From: Candidatus Poribacteria bacterium
GTDB taxonomy: Bacteria; Poribacteria; WGA-4E; WGA-3G
NCBI GenBank assembly: GCA_963663765.2
Contig: CAXXUA010000005.1
Coordinates: 128,001 to 192,000, forward strand
Reading direction: 5' to 3'
Length of the DNA: 64,000 nt
Each line of letters begins with the position of its first letter. The first letter of the stretch is position 1. Below the pieces are notes generated by a model that saw only the letters and a list, made by a program, of their open reading frames with translations, was not told the origin of the DNA and ran no database searches. Below, piece after piece: positions 59,932-64,000 of the stretch. A program made the translations under genes and the position numbers.

Positions 59932-59936
59932 TGGTA

Positions 59937-60350
59937 TTAGTTATCCATTGCTCCTGCGTTTATCCAGTCAATAATAAGCTGAATTTGGTCTGCATCCAGA
60001 TAGGGACCGTCAGGGGGCATTTTTTGTTTGACGACTTCCTCAACGAGTTCGCTTTCCTTTGCATTTCCTGCATGAATTAGCGGACCGTGTTCACCACCTT
60101 TTTGCAAAGTATCATAGGTTCTTAGGTCAACATCGTCTGGTCCATCAGCAACATGACATCCTACAAGTGCGCATTGTTTCGTGAGAATAGGAGAAATATC
60201 TGTATTAAAAGAAGGAACAGGTCTGTTTCCAATATCTGGTCTATCAAATGCAAGACCTAATTCAGTGGCATATTCATCAAAAGTTTTGCCACACCCAACG
60301 ATATATACTGTAATTCCAATTAGTAATAGAAAAATAATTGTTTTTGACAT
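59937..60350 (-). CDS. Small lipoprotein, Planctomycete-type monoheme cytochrome c
   Basis: Lipobox IVGC; CALVGCH; KMPP; IIDWINAGA; GAGG RBS. Confidence 0.8.
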   Translation of the reverse strand: MSKTIIFLLLIGITVYIVGCGKTFDEYATELGLAFDRPDIGNRPVPSFNTDISPILTKQCALVGCHVADGPDDVDLRTYDTLQKGGEHGPLIHAGNAKESELVEEVVKQKMPPDGPYLDADQIQLIIDWINAGAMDN

Positions 60351-60442
60351 AATGATTACCTCATTTCAAATAATTAATGTTATTAGTTGTTGGTTTACCA
60401 CTGATGCCAAAAATTGCTTTTATTTATACATTGACATTAGTG

Positions 60443-60458
60443 TGCAATTTTTGTGCCA
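60443..60458 (-). promoter_or_regulatory. Probable sigma54 (-24/-12) promoter
   Basis: Minus strand TGGCAC-AAAAA-TTGCA, exact GG-N10-GC spacing. Confidence 0.75.
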
Positions 60459-60508
60459 TCTCATTAGGTCAGCCAACATCTAAATCTTGGTAGAAATATT
60501 GGATTAAT

Positions 60509-60546
60509 TGTTCAATAAATGGACAGTACTGTTCAAAATATGAACA
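60509..60546. promoter_or_regulatory. Tandem palindromic activator sites (TGT-N11-ACA)
   Basis: TGTTCAATAAATGGACA (60509-60525) and TGTTCAAAATATGAACA (60530-60546), 21 bp apart. Confidence 0.65.
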
Positions 60547-60591
60547 GTGGGATAGAAAGTAGATGAATTAGAAACTTCCAATTTGGAATTT

Positions 60592-61161
60592 CTATAACTC
60601 CAACAAAATCAATGGTGGAACTGTTATTTTTTGATAAGTTTCTTCGGTAATTTGTTCGGAGAAAAATGGGTTGAAAAAAGTGTCTACGGTATCTAAGAAA
60701 CTGGGTAGATTTATACCCATATATTGTCCATTAACGTCATCACATTCAGTAACAACTTGTCGTAATTTTGCGCGACCTGCAGTTGAGAGAGTTCGTAATG
60801 GACGCAGCATTCGCATGTGGTATTTAATTAGCGATGCAGATACTTGAATTAATCCTTGCAAGAATAAGCGATATGTATCTTCTGCTTGATGCCATAAGCC
60901 TTCCCATGCTTCATGTGCTTCCCACCAATATGCGAAGTTATGGAGATCAACGCCGTATAAATACGATTCGTTTTGCTTCCACTGTTGTGGAGTGAGATGT
61001 GCATGCTCACAATCATCTTCCACACCGTAACTATGCCCGAGCGGGTCACGTATTGGATGTGGTGTTACCCCGGGAATGTGGCGGTATGGTGGAAATGGTA
61101 TATTTGGACAGTATCGTTTCCAGTTGGGGTTGAAGGGTTGTGGTTGTTTGATTGTCTCCAT
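60592..61161 (-). CDS. DUF309 domain protein
   Basis: GVDLHNFAYWWEAHEAWEGLW...LQGLIQ. Confidence 0.85.
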   Translation of the reverse strand: METIKQPQPFNPNWKRYCPNIPFPPYRHIPGVTPHPIRDPLGHSYGVEDDCEHAHLTPQQWKQNESYLYGVDLHNFAYWWEAHEAWEGLWHQAEDTYRLFLQGLIQVSASLIKYHMRMLRPLRTLSTAGRAKLRQVVTECDDVNGQYMGINLPSFLDTVDTFFNPFFSEQITEETYQKITVPPLILLEL

Positions 61162-61176
61162 TTATTTTTTCGTGTT

Positions 61177-62535
61177 TTACCTACCGACACCAATGTAATG
61201 GAATCCGGCTGTCCGTGCTTCTCTTGGCGTAAAGAGGTTGCGTCCATCTACAAGAATTGGTGTTTTCATGTGTTTTGCGAGTTTTCGTAATTCCAGTCTA
61301 TGATATTGCTTCCATTCCGTTACCAGTATGAGTGCATCTGCATTGTAAGAGAGTTTATATTCATCCTCAATGAAGGCTACAGAGATGTCTTGTAGTGCTT
61401 GTTTTGCGTTTGGTATAGCGATTGGGTCGTGTGCGCGGACATTTGCGCCTTCTGTGACAAGGTTCCGTATTATATCAAGTGATGGTGCTTCCCGTATGTC
61501 GTCAGTATTTGGCTTGAATGCGAGTCCAAGGATACCGATTGTTTTTCCTTTTAGTGTTTTTAAGTTTGTTTGTAATTTGTTGACGATTCGTGTGCGTTGT
61601 TGAAAGTTGACGGTGCGTGCGGCTTGGGTGATCGGCATTTCGTATCCGGTATTTGCTGCGACCCCTAACAATGCGGCAGTATCCTTTGGATAGCAGCTGC
61701 CGCCCCATCCGAGTCCGGCGCGTAGGAATCGGTGTCCGATACGGGAGTCGAGTCCAATTCCGCGTGCGACTTCAGTTACGTCTGCTCCCACTTCTTCGGA
61801 GAGTCCTGCGATTTCGTTGATAAAACTGATTTTGAGTGCGAGGAAAGTGTTTGCTGCATATTTTATCATCTCAGCGCTGTTCGGGTCAGTCGTCATCATT
61901 GGTGGCAGGTGATATGCTGCTGGTCGTGGTAATGCGGAAGGCGGGTCGAATGTTTGTTCCAATATGGGTTTATACAGTCTTCGCAAGGCATCAATTGCGT
62001 CATCACTGTTTGTACCGACAACGATACGGTCAGGATAGAATGCGCCTTGTAGAGCAAGTCCTTCCTGTAGGAATTCTGGGTTTGAAGCGATGGAAACTTT
62101 ACCTTGGACCTTTCTTTCAGCAAACACATTTTCAACGACCTGTGCGACACGTCTGTTTGTGCCGATTGGTACGGTTGATTTTACGACGAGTGTGTAGTGA
62201 TTATTTGGATTGCAGACTTGAGCGACTTCTCTTGCGGCTTGTTCGACGTGACGTGTATCCGCTTCGCCATTTTTTTTCGGTGGCGTGCCGACAGCAATCA
62301 TGATCAGTTCTGCATCTGGTACGACCTCAGCGACATTGGGTGTGAAACGAATTGTATGTTGAACTTCGTCAAGGAGTGTCTGAATTCCGGGTTCATGGAT
62401 AGGGCTTTTTCCATCATGTAATTGGTTCAGTTTGTTTTTGTCCTTGTCCACTGCTGTGACATCGTGGTTGAGATAGGAGAGGACGACTGCTGTTGTTAAG
62501 CCAACGTATCCTGTTCCGATTATTGTAATTTTCAT
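61177..62535 (-). CDS. ugd: UDP-glucose 6-dehydrogenase
   Basis: IGTGYVGL, KSTVP, NPEFL, GWGGSCYPKD, AFKPNTDDIRE. Confidence 0.93.
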   Translation of the reverse strand: MKITIIGTGYVGLTTAVVLSYLNHDVTAVDKDKNKLNQLHDGKSPIHEPGIQTLLDEVQHTIRFTPNVAEVVPDAELIMIAVGTPPKKNGEADTRHVEQAAREVAQVCNPNNHYTLVVKSTVPIGTNRRVAQVVENVFAERKVQGKVSIASNPEFLQEGLALQGAFYPDRIVVGTNSDDAIDALRRLYKPILEQTFDPPSALPRPAAYHLPPMMTTDPNSAEMIKYAANTFLALKISFINEIAGLSEEVGADVTEVARGIGLDSRIGHRFLRAGLGWGGSCYPKDTAALLGVAANTGYEMPITQAARTVNFQQRTRIVNKLQTNLKTLKGKTIGILGLAFKPNTDDIREAPSLDIIRNLVTEGANVRAHDPIAIPNAKQALQDISVAFIEDEYKLSYNADALILVTEWKQYHRLELRKLAKHMKTPILVDGRNLFTPREARTAGFHYIGVGR

Positions 62536-62565
62536 TTTTTTCCTTACAATTAGCTGTATTGAAAA

Positions 62566-63933
62566 TTATTTTGCTAAGTTTCTTGCTTTTTTGTATTTTT
62601 GTTTTGCGAATTGTCCCCATTCTTTTATTTTTTGGTTTCTATAGACTTGGTCATTCCACTTTGTTTCTGCGATATTCATTGCTTCGGTTTCGGTTAATGG
62701 CATTTGCACGAGTGCTGCTATTGCTGCGTTGCGTTTTTCTACGTCCTTACATTTTCCGATTGCTTTCCATGCGTCAACAAGGTCTTTATGTGAGTCGATG
62801 ATCAGTGTTCCAAAAAGGTCATTGACGATATCCCATCGTGTGCTTCCTGTCTTTGAATCGTATGGAAATGGAGGGTTTTTTAGCGTAAAGGGATTGGTAA
62901 CGACGCAACGATCTCCGAGTTTTTCATAGAGTGCGGGGAGTACGCTTCCGCGATTGAGTCCGCCTTTCCATTTTGGACCTTCCTTATCTGTGTCGCGTAG
63001 CATCCATAGTTTTTGTGCTTGCTCGGATAGTACAAATTGTAAGAACATTTTTGCGATTTCTAAGTTTGGTGCGCCTTTTAAGATTGCGATGGAGTCGGGA
63101 TTTACCACGGTGCCGTCTTCTGGCAATATATATTTTATTTTGTCTTCACCGACAACAACGATTTGGCTATATGCGTAGAAGTCAATTGCCAACCCGTATA
63201 TGACATCGCCATTGACAACATCTCTTGGAATTTCGTTTGAACCTGCGGTGAATTTTTTGACATTTCCGCCTAATTTTGTGAGTAAAGCGAACCCTTTTTC
63301 CCATCCGTGTGTTTGTAGTATGATTTCGTACATCATGTGTGCGCTTCCGCTTTCTCTTGGGTCTGCAGCCCCGATATTGTTTATTAGTTCGGTTTTGCCT
63401 AAATCTTCCCATTTTGTTGCATTTGGAAGTTTTAACAACTGGCGTAGTTGTTCGTTGTACATGATTCCGAAACTGGATAGTGCTGTGCCGTACCATCTGT
63501 GTTTAGCATCGTATACTGGTATGCCGTTATAGTTCTGTGGTATCTGTTCAAGTTGTTCTCCGGGAAGTTTGTATGAAACTAAGAGATTCATGTCTGCGAG
63601 TCGGAGGTAATTGTCTGTTCCACCGCCGAAGAAGATGTCAATTCCGATACCTTCTGGGACGCGTTTGAATTCAGATTCTATATGACGGTAATTGGAGGAC
63701 GTTCCGCCGAGGTCTCGCCAGTCGGTTTCTACTGTTTTTCCTGTTTTTTCTTTATACCATTTTTCGAAGTTTGTGCCGAATTCGGATTCAATGCTTTCTG
63801 GGTGCGGTGAAATAATAATGAGTTTTTCTTGCGCGAATACGTTTGTTGAGATTGCTATGATGTAGATTATGATTCCGATTGTAAATCTTGCAATTAGTCT
63901 CAGTGGTTGGTGTTTATGGGTTAATTTGGGCAT
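62566..63933 (-). CDS. ABC transporter extracellular solute-binding protein (Fe3+/sugar-phosphate-like)
   Basis: Signal peptide; DIFFGGG, ADPRESGS, AILKGAPN..AK.F..FVLS; AGGAG RBS. Confidence 0.85.
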   Translation of the reverse strand: MPKLTHKHQPLRLIARFTIGIIIYIIAISTNVFAQEKLIIISPHPESIESEFGTNFEKWYKEKTGKTVETDWRDLGGTSSNYRHIESEFKRVPEGIGIDIFFGGGTDNYLRLADMNLLVSYKLPGEQLEQIPQNYNGIPVYDAKHRWYGTALSSFGIMYNEQLRQLLKLPNATKWEDLGKTELINNIGAADPRESGSAHMMYEIILQTHGWEKGFALLTKLGGNVKKFTAGSNEIPRDVVNGDVIYGLAIDFYAYSQIVVVGEDKIKYILPEDGTVVNPDSIAILKGAPNLEIAKMFLQFVLSEQAQKLWMLRDTDKEGPKWKGGLNRGSVLPALYEKLGDRCVVTNPFTLKNPPFPYDSKTGSTRWDIVNDLFGTLIIDSHKDLVDAWKAIGKCKDVEKRNAAIAALVQMPLTETEAMNIAETKWNDQVYRNQKIKEWGQFAKQKYKKARNLAK

Positions 63934-64000
63934 GGTTTTGGTTCTCCTAACTGTATTTTCTATATAGCATTAGACTCTGAACATTAAAATGATGTCCGAT

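Noticed and set aside
1-64000. tRNA, rRNA or selC genes
   Set aside because: No cloverleaf or rRNA signature recognised by eye; tRNAscan-SE and Infernal would be needed to exclude them

Overview
AT-rich bacterial window with about 40 protein genes and no rRNA, tRNA or CRISPR array that I can see. The secreted proteins ending in 'LLQNYPNPFNPETWIPY', the ECF sigma factor with a long C-terminal extension, the sulfatase and the Planctomycete-type cytochromes c suggest Candidatus Poribacteria or a relative (inference). Housekeeping and metabolic genes (aminotransferases, dprA, thrB, uppS-like, rsgA, ugd, TIM-barrel epimerases, three Gfo/Idh/MocA paralogues, an LLM monooxygenase) are mixed with accessory loci. 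Highlights: (1) a probable 982-aa selenoprotein lipoprotein, four 190-aa Ig-like repeats fused through UGA (UxxC) to a peroxiredoxin-like domain, with a SECIS-like hairpin; (2) a two-gene candidate antiphage system (nuclease-STAND ATPase plus HEPN RNase) bracketed by two copies of one MITE family; (3) an ECF sigma-TM-dead M16 peptidase fusion beside its HxxEH-intact paralogue; (4) nested intergenic mobile DNA: several MITE shells carrying GTAG-REP hairpins, into which 34-36-bp hairpin+TTGATT micro-elements have inserted at C^G steps, up to four layers deep; (5) a probable sigma54 promoter with tandem activator sites ahead of CX4CH cytochrome c genes, one with a 70-Asp tail, separated by an intact IS with a 5-bp target duplication; (6) a full-length P-type ATPase homologue with degenerate catalytic motifs. 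All calls come from motifs read by eye; no database searches were run.
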